NCBI GenBank assembly: GCA_951406725.2
Contig: OX597822.1
Span: 102,796,001 to 102,860,000 of the forward strand
Length of the DNA: 64,000 bases
From: Octopus vulgaris
Taxonomy: Eukaryota
Direction: 5' to 3'
A model generated the notes under the pieces. That model did not search any database. It was not told the DNA's origin and was given only the letters and a program-made list of their open reading frames with translations. This document shows positions 1-13,181 of the stretch, piece after piece; the first letter of the stretch is position 1, and every line of letters starts with the position of its first letter. Position numbers and translations under genes: made by a program.

Positions 1-154
1 TGTGTATATATATAAATATATGTATGTGTGTATATATATATGTATGTATAGATGTATGTGTGTATGTATGTGTATGTATATATATATTTATGTATGTATG
101 TGTATGTATATATATATATATATATATGTATGTGTATGTATATATATATGTATA

Positions 155-740
155 TCATCATCATCATCGTTTAACGTCCGCTTTCCATGCTAGCATGGGT
201 TGGACGGTTCAACTGGGGTCTGGCAAGCTCGAAGGCTGCACCAGGCCAGTCAGATCTGGCAGTTTTTCTACAGCTGGATGCCCTTCCTAACGCCAACCAC
301 TCCGAGAGTGTAGTGGGTGATTTTATGTGCCACCGACACAGGTGCCAGATGAGGCTGGCAGACGGCCACGCTCGGATGGTGATTTTATGTGCCACCGACA
401 CAGGTGCCAGACGAGGCTGGCAGACGGCCACGCTCGGATGGTGTTTTTTATGTGCCACCGACACAGGTGCCAGACGAGGTTGGCAGACGGCCACGCTCGG
501 ATGGTGTTTTCTTATGTGCCACCGACACAGGTGCCAGACGAGGCTGGTGAACGGCCACGCTCGGTTGGTGTTTGTTACGTGCCCTCAGCACGGAGGCCAG
601 TCGATGCGGTACTGGCTACGGTCACATTCGGATGGTTTTCTTATGTGCCACCGGCACTGGTACCACAAGGATACAAATTCCATTGATGTTCATCTATTTT
701 GATTTGGTTTGATTTGATTTTGATTTTGATTTCACTTGCC
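155..740 (-). mobile_element. Family A repeat (RTE-LINE 3' UTR-derived, SINE-like); representative of ~30 copies
   Basis: Core GGTTGGCGTTAGGAAGGGCATCCAGCTGTAGAAA...CCAACCCATGCTAGCATGGAAAGCGGACGTTAAAC(GAT)n with variable 55-65 bp upstream modules. Other copies start near 1372, 2275, 3214, 5915, 8902, 9674, 10323, 14083, 15097, 19268, 22840, 28166, 32820, 34640, 35050, 38580, 39953, 40694, 45567, 46479, 60606 and 62052. Confidence 0.9.
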
Positions 741-776
741 TATATATATATATATATATGCATGTATGTGTATGTA

Positions 777-832
<56 letters not shown>

Positions 833-846
833 CATGTATGTATGTA

Positions 847-889
<43 letters not shown>

Positions 890-3348
890 TTGTATGTATG
901 TATGTAGATAGATGGATAGATAGATATCAATTTGTCTATCTCTCCATCTGTATACTCATCTATGTAACTATGTGTCTGTATATCTATCAGTTTATCTGTC
1001 TACCTGTCAGTCTATTTGTCTATCAATCTCACTCTTTAAATGTATGCATCTATCAAATTGCAATATTTCTAAGAGTAATTAATGCTTAATTAAAATGAAT
1101 ACCTGGCTTATTTTTACAATTAATTTAATATCATTAAATAGCATCATATATTTTCTTCAAATAGTCTAGGTTAATTAAATAGAAATTAATATTCTCAATT
1201 AAAATAAACAATGAAATATTTTTTAGCAAAAATATCTTTAAAGTTCTGGAAAATTACTAAGTGGGTGTCTGTATATGCATGCATATGTACATGCATGTGT
1301 GTGTGCATACACTGGCAAAAAAATGAGATATGTGAATGATATAAATATGTATATAATCACATATATATATATCACCATCATTGTTTAACGTCTGCTTTCC
1401 ATGCTAGCATGGGTTGGATGATTTTGACTATGGGCTGGCGAACCAGATGGCTGTACCAGGCTTCAATCTCAATCTGGCAGAGTTTCTACAGCTGGATGCC
1501 CTTCCTAACGCCAGCCACTCTGATAATGTAGTGGGAGCTTTTATGTGCCAGTCAGGCGGCACTGGCAACAACCTTGCTCGAATCTTTTACACATGCCACC
1601 GGCGCAGGTGCCAGTAAGGCGATGCTGGTAACAATCACTCTCGAATGGTGTTTTTTACATGCCACTGGCACGGAGGCCAGATGTATATATATATATATAT
1701 ATACACAACAGAACAAATAGTGAGGATTTATCAATCCAGGCAAAATATTTCATAAGCCCTCTGATGGCTGTGGTAGGGTCCAAAGTTATTTTGTTCATCA
1801 CAATTTTATATTGTAAATCCACAGATGGGCTCTAGACAAACTGATTTTCACAGATTGACATATAAGAAACAAGTTATAAATAAAGGTCATTATATATATT
1901 TCTTTTATTGGAACAAATTTGGCTAATTGCTGTTTCAAGTAGTCATTATCGGTATATTACTGATGAGTTTACTCAGTCGATTGATCAGTTGAGGAAAATT
2001 AAATGACCTAAGAAAATTAATTTTACTACAATACATTAGCCATTCCTTCAGTGCTCTGCTTGTGATAAACAGAAATGGTTCTGATGAAGGGAACCTCTTC
2101 TTAGGTTGTTCAATTTACCTTAGCTGATCAATAAACCAGTTGAGTAAACTTATCAGTAATGTACCTATAATGACAACTGGAAACAGCTGTAAGCCAAATT
2201 TGCTTCAATAAAGGAAAAATATTTAATGGCCATTATTTTTTACTTGGTTCTTGTATGTGTGTACATATATATATGCCGGTGGCACGTAAAAAGCACCATC
2301 CGAATGTGACCAATGCCAGCACCACCTTGACTGGCTTCTGTACCGGTGGCACGTAAAAAGCATCCACTACACTCACGGAGTGGTTGGTATTAGGAAGGGC
2401 ATCCAGCTGTAGAAACACTGCCAGATCAGACTGGAGCCTGGTGCAGCCTCCTGGCTTCTCAGACCCCAGTCGAACCGTCCAACCCGTGCTTACACGGAAA
2501 ACGGACGTTAAACGATGATGATGATATATATATATATATATATATAATACAAAGTAAGATAGGGGTTATGGGTGTAACCCACTATGGGATATCAATTATC
2601 CAATATACTGTTGGTAAAGTACCCAAATTCTTAATACATAAATGTTTTTAATTGCAATGCAATTAAGTCATTTATTGTATTAAACTGGTGAAGGTAAAGA
2701 AATATTTTTACCGTAAATTTATAATACAAATAAGAAAATGGAGAAACAAATTTGGTTTGTTCATCAACTTACGGATATTATATTGTTGGATTATTTATTC
2801 ATTTTACAAATGGGAACATCAAAATCATACAAAAATATTATATAAATCAATCGATAAGATAATAATACAAATACAGATTTTAAAAGTCATATTATAAATT
2901 AATGAAATCCTAAAAATTGCTTCTTACAGCTGTTTCAGCCTATGGTCAAAAGTGAATCTAATTTTCATTACCTATAGATGTCAACATACTAAAGTTGTCG
3001 GCATTTATAAAATATAATACTTATATGTTAAAAAAAAACCCTAGGCCTCGTCTGAGATTACAATTAACTTTAAAAATATTAATAATAGTATTAATATACT
3101 AAACATGACGCACGTATTACTTAATATATAAAAATAAACAATAAAAAATATCCAAATATACATAAAAATATATACATATATATATATATATATATACATA
3201 CATACATATATATATCATCATCATCATTGTTTAGCGTCCGCTTTCCATGCTAGCATGGGTTGGACGGTTCAACTGGGGTCTGGGAAGCCAGAAGGCTGCA
3301 CCAGGCCCAGTCTGATCTGGCAGTGTTTCTACGGCTGGATGTCCTTCC

Positions 3349-3393
<45 letters not shown>

Positions 3394-6300
3394 AAATACA
3401 TATATACACACATATACATACATAACCAAAGCGTATATACTATTCACATGTGCAAAATACATTAATGAACACAATTAAACAATATATTCCAGTGGATATA
3501 CCATACATTATATACGTATATAAATACATTAGAACATATATACACTACTATGCTTATCAGTAACAACAATATTATTGTATTAACAATAATCTTCAACAGA
3601 TCTTACATACTATAATAATAATAATGTCTATTTGCCATTTGCAAACTCCAACTTTCATTTCTCCTTAGCCCTCACGTCACACAGTTGTTAATGTTTATTT
3701 GAGTTGGGTCACACCCTTCCAATTGCTATAGATTCATAATGCACCTTACAGCTGTGCCTGTCACCTGTATGGTAAGGAATCCTACATTGGGGAGTGGTAA
3801 CGACTAGGGTAGGGTAGCTGACTGCTTATTGTGATCATTCGTCTTTTGGTTTCCTGTAGCTTTGCTCTCTTTTACAAATCCAGTGAACAGTTATTTCCTA
3901 TTTCAAAGAAATTCAAACAATAGGATGCCAGAGATCCTAGAAGCCACACACACAGACAGACGGAACGGATTTTATATAATAGATATATTAGTCCTTCTTT
4001 TAGAGTGTTGGGCAAAAGAACCCCGATGTCATGCAAATGGTACCTGTGCCGGTGGCACGTAAAAGCACTCATTACACTCTCATAGTGGTTGGCGTTAGGA
4101 AGGGCATTCAGCCGTAGAAATTTATGCCAAATCAGACTGGAGTTTGATGCAGCCTTCCAGCATGCCAGCCCAGTCAAACCATCCAACCCATGCCAGCATG
4201 GACAACTGATGTTAAATGATGATGATGATGATATATATATATATATATTAAGAGCTCTGCTACTGTCTTTCTGACCTGGCTTCCTTGAAGTGTTGATGGC
4301 ATTTTCTGTTGCTCCTTCGCTGTTCTCAAAAACAGCGTTCATAATACTTTTTTTCGTTCGGCTTAACAGCCCTTCTTGTCTTGTTATTCTCCTTGTCCTG
4401 TCTTTTACTGTTTATATTTTGTACTGTCGTTACTGTCCTGGTTTTGTTACCATTTTTACCCCACCACAAAAAGATCTCAAATTTTATTTAATTTGCTTTT
4501 CACGGGAAGGAAAGTTTCTATCGAAGATGCTTATCGCCTTCACCTTCGAAACGCAGAGTAGATGAAACCATGGCGACTGAAGAAGGGGAATTTTCCTTGT
4601 TTTGTATGTCCTGTACTCTATTTTTTCGTTGTTTAAGAAAAATGTCCAGTTCCTTGGTTTTGTGTTTATGTTTTCGTTTCTCATTGTGTTCGACGTTTTT
4701 TTGGTGTCCTGTACCCATATATGCATGTATATATTCATGTAGAGGTAGGTACGTGCATGTATGTATGTATATATGCATATGTTTTATTTATTAATTTATA
4801 TATACACATGTACTGGTGCTACATAGAAAGCATCCCGTCCACGCTGTGAAGTGGTTGGCATTTGGAAGGGTATTCAGCTGTAAAAACCATGCCGAAACAG
4901 ACACAGTAACCTGGTGTAGTCTTTTATCAGGCTGGCTCCTGTCAAACTGTCCAACCCATGCCAGCATGGAAGACAGACATTAAATGATGATGATGATGAT
5001 GATGATGGTGTGTGTATGTGTATGTGTGTGCGTGCGTGCATGTGTGAGTGTTTGTGTGTGTGTGTGTGAAGCAAAATCATCAATATTTATTGATAAATAA
5101 ATAGTGTCAATTACTACTTGACTATCGGAGGAATGTATGGATTCACCCCAATTGACCTTTCTCAATAACACAGGCACCACTTCCAAAGTTAAGGAGATGG
5201 ACTAAAGATTTTAGAATGAAAACTCTTAATCAGAAACAAAAAAAAAAACACTTCCTGCAGATTTTTTGTGTTTTCGTGACCTCAGTTAATACCACATTAA
5301 TTTTTTTTCCCCTGTGGTCATTTATACTGGAACTTTCTCCATCACTTACAACAACAAGGGTTCCAGTTGATCCGATCAACAGAACAGCCGGCTTGTGAAA
5401 GTAACATGCAAGTGGCTGAGTATCCCACAGACATGTGCACCCTTAATGTAGTCCTCGGGGAGATTCAGCATGACACAGAGTGTGACAAGGCTGGCCCTTT
5501 GAGATACAGGAACAACTCACTTTTACCAACTGAGTGGACTGGATCAACGTGAAATAAAGAGTCTTGCTCAAGGACACAATGCGCTGCCAGGAATTGAACT
5601 CACGACCTTACGATCGTGAGCCAAATGCCCTAACCACTAAGCCATTTGCCTTCACGGTCATTTATACATATGAAAATACTTACAATCATTGTCGTCGTCA
5701 TCATCATCATCATTATCATCAATTATTTACATTATTTACATTTGACAGATATTTGTCCTCATCTTGCTTGTTGTTAACATGTTTCGGCTGATATACCCTC
5801 CAGCCTTCATCAGGTGTCTTGGGGGAAATTTCGAACATGGGTTCTTATTCCTATGGTATTTTTCGATGTTGTTGTTGTTATTATTATTATTATTGTTATT
5901 ATTATTATTATTACCATCCGATCATGGCCGTTGCCAGCCTCGCCTGGCCTCCATGCTGGTGGCACGTAAAAAGCACCATCCGATCGTAGCTGTTTGCCAG
6001 CTTCGCCTGGCACCTGTGCCAGTGGCACGTAAAAACCACCCACTACACTCACGGAGTGGTTGGCGTTATGAAGGGCATCCAGCCATAGAAACACTGCCAG
6101 ATCAGACTGGGCCTGGTGTAGCCTTCTGGCTTCCCAGGCCCCAGTTGAACCGTCCAACCCATGCTAGCATGGAAAGCGGACGCTAAACGATGATGATGAT
6201 GATGATTATTATTATTATTATTATTATTCAGGTCACTGCCTAGAATCGAACTTGGAATCTTGGGGTTAGTAGCCTGTGCTCTTAACCACTACGCCATATG

Positions 6301-7152
6301 CCCACAGGCATATGGCGTAGTGGGCAAACATGTGGCAATTTAGTCTGTACTGAGAGGCAAGGTGCATCAGCTGACATGCATGAGTAGTTGGTATGAAACA
6401 TGTGGTTCAAAGTCTGCTGGAAGTTGATGTACTGGAAGTTGACATGAGTGGTTTATGTAGTGGTTGATGTGAGGTGGTTGGTTTGAAGTCTGCTGGAAGA
6501 TGATGTGAACAGCAGTCAATGTGAATGGTTCATGTGGTAGTCGATGTGTTTGTTCCTTCTCAAACCATGCCTGGCTCATAAGGGCCAGTTTCATGGTTTC
6601 CATGGCATATAGGTACCCCACCTGGACGGGACGCCTGTCCATCACAGGTGAGCTGCAAGATGCAGGAGGAAAGAGTGAGGGAAAGTTGTGGCGAAAGAGT
6701 CAACAGAAGTTCGCCATTACCTTCTGCCGGATCTGTGTGGAGCTTAGATGTTTCGCTCATAAATGCACACATCGCCCAGTCTGAGATTCAAACCCGCGAT
6801 CCCTCAACCGCGAGTCTGCTGCTCTAACCACTAGACCATGTGCCTCTACTCCAGTCGATGTGAGGCAGCAGATGCCGAGCAGTTTGTGTTGAACAGTTGA
6901 CAGAGTATTTTGTGTCGAGAGACAGTGGAGTCAGTATATAAGTCAGTTCGACTTGACAGTGGACATCAGTGGTTAATGGGAACAGTGATTATATTTACAG
7001 TAAGAGTTATCGTCAACTCTTCTGACTTCTGTAACTACTACTCCTTCCTCTCTAAGCAAGTTAGCTTGCTGAGCTCTCCTGCGGTTTCTGAGCTATGGAC
7101 ACAGACTGTGTGAGCCCTGTTGGTAGTATCAGGAGGCTGCGGGGCATAACGG

Positions 7153-7191
<39 letters not shown>

Positions 7192-7854
7192 TAGCCACTA
7201 CACACTTTTTCTCTCCTTGTTTTTTCTGTGTCCCTCTCTGTAGAAGAGCGTAGGCTCGAAAAGTAAAAGACTTTTTCAGTTCCTGAGCATTATACTAATA
7301 CATCTGTTTGTTTTGTACACCACCTGTCTTCGTCTTTTGTTTTTTTTCGTAAACTCTCCCTAGCTAGATAGATAGATACATGCATACATACATACAAATA
7401 TACATGTGTGTCTTACACTTCCCATCAACCAACTCCACTCTTACAAGGCTTTGGTCAGCCTGGGGCTATAGTCGTAAACACTGAGCTCAAATCAACAGGG
7501 TTGGGAGGCAATTCTCTTAACCACATGCTGACATAAAATCTGAATAAGGAAGAATCAGTAAAAATATACTAGATAAAATCAACAATAATACCAAGAACAG
7601 TCTTAGATTAGCACTTTGGACCAACAGTGCATCAGTTTAAAGTTGGCTTACATATCTCAGATAAGCCAATTTTGATATAGTTGATTACTAACCATTTCAT
7701 CACAAAACGTCTATCACTGAGATGTACTTGCATAGCAAGTGACCTGATCAGAGATCGTATGATGGAACGAAAACAATTGCAGCATGGAAGGTGTTTATAA
7801 GCCATTTAAGAAACACACAAAAACCGTTAGATTCACTTCAACATTTAAATTTAA

Positions 7855-7905
7855 TTTGCCAAAATATTTTCATCACTTTGAGACCGCGACCTGTTCACTG
7901 ACAAA
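7855..7905 (-). ncRNA. Hammerhead ribozyme-like motif with G3:C8 core swap
   Basis: TTTGTCA-GTGAACA-G-GTCGC-ggtctcaaa-GTGAT-GAA-AATATT-T-TGGCAAA. Confidence 0.55.
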
Positions 7906-8254
7906 ACTTCGTGCTGCATCATAATTTATTTATAATATATTTGTGAAGATACATGGCCTGGCGGTAAAGATGTTGCACTCAGTGTCACATGATTATGATT
8001 TTGATTCCCAGACTGGTGGTGTGTTGTGTTCTTGAGCAAAACACATCATTTCATGTTCCTCCCCACCTAACCAGCAAAATCTGGTATCATTTGAAAACTG
8101 CAAGAATGTGAGGAAACGCTTTTGTGACCTGTGGTATATACCAACAGCCAATAGCCTGATCAATACAGTGATACAGAGATAATATATTTATCAGTATTAT
8201 CATCATCACCACCACCACCACCACCACCACAACCACCAAGCACCACCACCACCA

Positions 8255-8760
8255 TCATCATCATTATTTAAGTATCCATTTTCTATGCTAGCATGGGTTA
8301 CACAGTTTGATTGGAACGGGTAAGCTAGAGAACTGCATAAGACCCCAGCCTATTTTGGCTTGGTTTCTATGGCTAGATGCCCTTCCTAATGCCAACCACT
8401 CCATAGAATGTGCAGGGTGTCTTTTACGTGTCACTGGCATGGGTTCTTTTTATGTGGAACCAGCACAGCACTGTCCATGACTACAATTTCACTTGGTTTG
8501 ATGGGTCTTCTCAAGCACAGCACATCACCAAAGGTTTTGATCACTTGTCATTGTCTCTGGAGATCTGGAGATCATACCTTCACCACCTCATCCCATGTCT
8601 TTTTGGGCCTACCTCTTCCACAGGTTCCCTCCACAGTTAGAGACCAGCTCTTCTTTATGCAGCTGTCCTCATCTATCTTGCACCCTACATCTAATGCCTT
8701 TTATACCCAATTTTTCTCTCAAGATGCTAACACTCTGTCACATATGCACACCAACATTGC
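8255..8760 (-). mobile_element. RTE-clade LINE 3' end (ORF C-terminus plus family A UTR)
   Basis: Minus strand LTVEGTCGRGRPKKTWDEVVK is followed by a family A core and (GAT)n tail. Confidence 0.75.
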
Positions 8761-9175
8761 ATATCCAGTGAAGCTTACTATATTTGTAATTCAACAAACT
8801 CCACATTGCCATATGTATAAACTCCCCATAGTGATAACAACATTCTAATTATAATACATGCCATAAAATTGTTTCTCTTCTTTGATAAAATTATTAACCA
8901 TCTGACTGGCGTCTGTGTCAGTGACACGTAAAAGCACCAACCGATTGTGGCCGTTTGCCAGCCCGCTCTGGCCCCTGTGCCGGTGGCACGTAAAAAAGAC
9001 CCACTACACTCACGGAGTGGTTGGCGTTAGGAAGGGCATCCAGCTGTAGAAACACTGCCAAATCAGACTAGAGCCTGGTGCAGCCTCCATGGCTTACCAG
9101 ACCCCAGTCGAACTGTCCAACCCATGCTAGCATGGAAAACAGACGTTAAATGATGATGATGATGATGATGATGAT

Positions 9176-9556
9176 CTTACCAACGATAACTCTGAGCACC
9201 TTTTCAAATACCACCTGTCTAACACCTGTGAAGATGTTTACAAAGTCAGAAAACAGCACAGCTCCCATGACTTTTGGAAACATTTTTTCATGCTGAGAAT
9301 TGCTGAAACATGGAACACACTGCCAGCATCAGTTGTTAGTTATCGGAGCACTGCATCCTTCAAAACTTCCATACTTCCTGAGATTCGCCAACACTACACC
9401 TGATTTTCTCCCCTCCATACACACGCAAGCATGTATCTGACTCATACACTGTTCGCTTTCCAGACATTTGTACATTACTGCATATGCTTTATACACACTT
9501 TTGACAAGTTGTGGTGCACCTGGGCACTGTATACAATAATTTCATTATTATTATTA
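9176..9556 (+). mobile_element. CR1-like LINE 3' fragment
   Basis: Same family as 36500-37002; ends in (ATT)n tail. Confidence 0.85.
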
Positions 9557-10564
9557 TAATAACATGGATAAAAAATATAATACTGATGATCTGATGTAAG
9601 CTCGGGAGCCAAAGATACTGCAAAAATTTCAAACCTAATTAGAATATGTAATTCATATATTTAATCCACAATAAATCAAATCAAATCAAAACAAATCAAA
9701 ATAGATGAACATCAATGGAATTTGTATCTTTGTGGTACCAGTGCCGGTGGAACACAAGAAAACCATCCGAACGTGGCCATAGCCAGTACCGCATCGACTG
9801 GCCTCCGTGCTGTGGGCACGTAACAAACACCATCCGATCGTGGCCATTCGCCAGCCTCATCTGGCACCTGTGTCGGTGGCACATAAAATCACCCACTACA
9901 CTCTCGGAGTGGTTGGCGTTAGGAAGGGCATCGAGCTGTAGAAACACTGCCAGATCTGACTGGCCTGGTGCAGCCTTCGGGCTCCCCAGACTCCAGTTGA
10001 ACCGTCCAACCCATGCTAGCATGGAAAGCGGACGTTAAATGATGATGATGATGATGATGATATTTCACCTATTAATAGAAGAATCTATAGAGAAAGCTCT
10101 ACATTAATTTTCAAAAATATCATCAAACAGCAGGGAGAGGTGTTCAGAAACGACTTAACCAAATTGTTTTGCATGCAAGCAGTAATATTTTGGGAAGACT
10201 TCCCAAATGCTATCTGCTGAGGATAGTATTACAGCAGGTCTAGGAATTGAGATCCTGATCTCTCAACCATGAATGCAACACCCTAACCACTTGACCATGT
10301 GCCCCTCACATACACATGCATGCATCATCATCATCATCGTTTAACGTCCGTTTTCCGCGCTAGCACGGGTTGGACGGTTCGACCGGGGTCTGGGGAGCCA
10401 GGGGCTGCCCCAGGCTCCAGTCTGGTCTGGCAGTGTTTCTACAGCTGGATGCCCTTCCTAACGCCAACCACTCCGCGAGTGTAGTGGGTGCTTTTTATGT
10501 GCCACCTGCACAGGTGCCAGAGTGGTCTGGCATCAGCCGCGGTCGGTTGGTGCTTTTTATGTGC

Positions 10565-10626
<62 letters not shown>

Positions 10627-11018
10627 TATACACACATATAAATATACATATATATCAGATCAGACTCGGCCTGGTGCAGCCTTCTGGCTTCCCAGACCCC
10701 AGTTGAACCGTCCAACCCATGCTAGCATGGAAAGCGGAAAGCTAAATGATGATGATGATGATATATATTGTGCAGGTGGCACATAAAAAGCACCATTTGA
10801 GCGTGGCCGTTGCCAGTACTGCCTGACTGGCCCTCGTGGTGGTGGCACGTAAAAGCACCAACATTCTCAGAGTGGTTGGCATTAGGAAGGGCATCCAGCT
10901 GTAGAAACTCTGCCAGCTCAGATTAGAGTCTGGTGCAACCATCTGGTTCACCAGACCTCTGTCAAATCGTCCAACCCATGCTAGCATAGAAAGCAGACGT
11001 TAAATGATGATGATGATG

Positions 11019-11067
<49 letters not shown>

Positions 11068-11502
11068 TGCATACATATATATTTATATATATATACTTGG
11101 TTACATATGTGTGTGTGTGAGCTTACATGTGTGATCTTCATTGAATTGAAGAATTACATAATGGTCAACTTGCCCTATCTTTACCAAATTAGTCATCACA
11201 AGCTTTCTCTTTCATATCGCATTGAACTAGTTACTATCAAAACCAATAAACCAGCTGCTGTCTTTCTACTCTCAAAATAGCCAACTTACCAAATAGATGG
11301 ATTGCGGCACGTCACAACTTGCAAATCACTTGGCAAGAATTATCATTTTTATTATAGGAAGCATTATTTTTTCAATTTAACTCAAAAGTAACGCCTTTTT
11401 ATTCACATTGTTTTAAATTAATCATACATTATCTTGTAGCTTTGAGATTTCGAGGAAGAAACTGTAAATTTTTAGAATGATATTTTAGGGTTGATGTAGA
11501 AA

Positions 11503-12696
11503 GCTTCTTAATGTTCTCTACCTGATATTTCGTCTTAATTTAATTCATTTTCAGCCCCACACTTAGCAACAGTCTCCACCTTCTGCATCAACTCATCTGC
11601 CACCCTCACGACATAGTTCTGGTGACAAACTGTGTTTGTCACCAGAACTATGTCATCAGCAAATTCAGCATCTGATATCTTTTTAGCCGTGACCCTCCTG
11701 CTCTGAGCTGGCACTACATTAAAGCCAGAGTCCTGATGTTTCTCCAATGCAAGGCGCATACAACAGTCCACCACAATGATAAAAATGAATGAAATTAAGA
11801 CAAAGTATCTAGTTATTACACATTCATATCTATGTGTATACGTAGGTATACGTGTGTAGAACACATCCCCACTTTTGGCACTATTTGTTAGTAAACAGTA
11901 CAAGCTGTGTCTAAAGCAGATACGCACAATGTGTATCACTCCACTGCAATTCGCAACAGGTTAAGCAAAATAAACACGTAAAGCAATAACAATGCCTTCA
12001 TTGAGTTGTCTATCATCCCATCAAGAACAAAACAATGCATAACACTAGTAGAGAACATTAAGAAGCCAGAAAAGGTTATAAATGTAGGCTGGAAGCCACT
12101 AGAGTTGGTTGAGGACTTCCTGTATTTGGGGGCAAAGATTGGGAACACAGAGGGTGATGTAGTTGAGAGGAAGAGCAAAGCCTTGATAGCATGCTACAGT
12201 TTGAGATCTGTATGGAAGTCAGACCTTCCTAAAGACCTGAAGATCTGTCTCTTTATTGCTGCAGGAGAGTCTGTGCTGTTGTATGGGTCTGAGACTTGGA
12301 CACTGACCAAGAAACTCACTCAGATGGTGGATGGGTGCTACACAAAAATGCTGAGGATGGTTCTGAACATTAATCAGTATTCAATGAGGATGAAGAACTC
12401 AGAACTGTAGGAGAGCCTCCCAAAAGTTAGCTTGAAAATAACAAAGAGGAAACTGAGGTTAGCTGGACATGATCACTGTCAGTCAGAGTTGATACTTCAC
12501 TCAGTTCTCCTGTGGGAGCCCCTACACAGACACACTAGAAGAGGGAGACCGAGGATGATGATGTGTTTTGATGCCCTAAGGACAGACACTGGTCTTTGGG
12601 AGACACAGAACATGGCAGCAATGATGAGAGACACAGACTGGTGGAGAGAACCCATCCATGGATCTCAGGAATTTTACCCACCCTAAATAGATAGAT
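11503..12696 (+). mobile_element. RTE-clade LINE fragment with inverted 5' segment
   Basis: Plus 12048-12686 encodes EDFLYLGA...VLLYGSETWTLTK...RLAGH...RGRP and ends in a (TAGA)n tail. Minus ~11790-11503 encodes FIIVVD...EFADDIVL (RT active site). Imperfect TSD gatgtagaaagc/gatgtaaaaggc. Confidence 0.88.
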
Positions 12697-12821
12697 GTAA
12701 AAGGCCTCATCTGACCAGTTTCAACATAAAACATAGAATATTTTGGCCAGATATGGCTGGTTTAAATGCTGAAGGGTTAACCCTTTTGTTATCATATTTC
12801 TGTTGGAATACACAGCCTTTT

Positions 12822-13181
12822 ACTCTTACTTATTTCAGTCATTTAACTGCGGCCATGCTGGAGCACCGCCTTTAGTCGAGCAAATCGACCCCGGGACTTA
12901 TTCTTTGTAAGCCCAGTACTTATTCTATCGGTCTCTTTTGCCGAACCACTAAGTGACGGGGACGTAAACACACCAGCATACAAACATATACATACACATA
13001 CATATATATATATATATACGACAGGCTTCTTTCAGTTTCCATCTACCAAATCCACTCACAAGGCATTGGTCGGCCCGAGGCTATAGCAGAAGACACTTGC
13101 CCAAGATGCCACGCAGTGGGACTGAACCCAGAACCATGTGGTTGGTAGGCAAGCTACTTACCACACAGCCACTCCTGCGCC
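12822..13181 (-). mobile_element. tRNA-derived SINE family B
   Basis: Pol III A box TGGCTGTGTGG and B box GGTTCAGTCCC, internal (TA)n/(TG)n, LINE-like tail. Other copies at ~13405, 31220, 31900, 41345, 44897, 50720, 56173 and 57045. Confidence 0.88.

Noticed and set aside
171-702. Recurrent MLAWVGRF...[12 protein letters not shown] ORFs
   Set aside because: Chance frames through family A repeat copies; the frame is not conserved between copies
2-1089. Many [12 protein letters not shown] ORFs here and throughout the window
   Set aside because: Translations of (TA)n/(TG)n/(CA)n microsatellites
4517-4562. Further hammerhead-like remnants (here and at ~47367-47403)
   Set aside because: Core and stems are too degenerate to call
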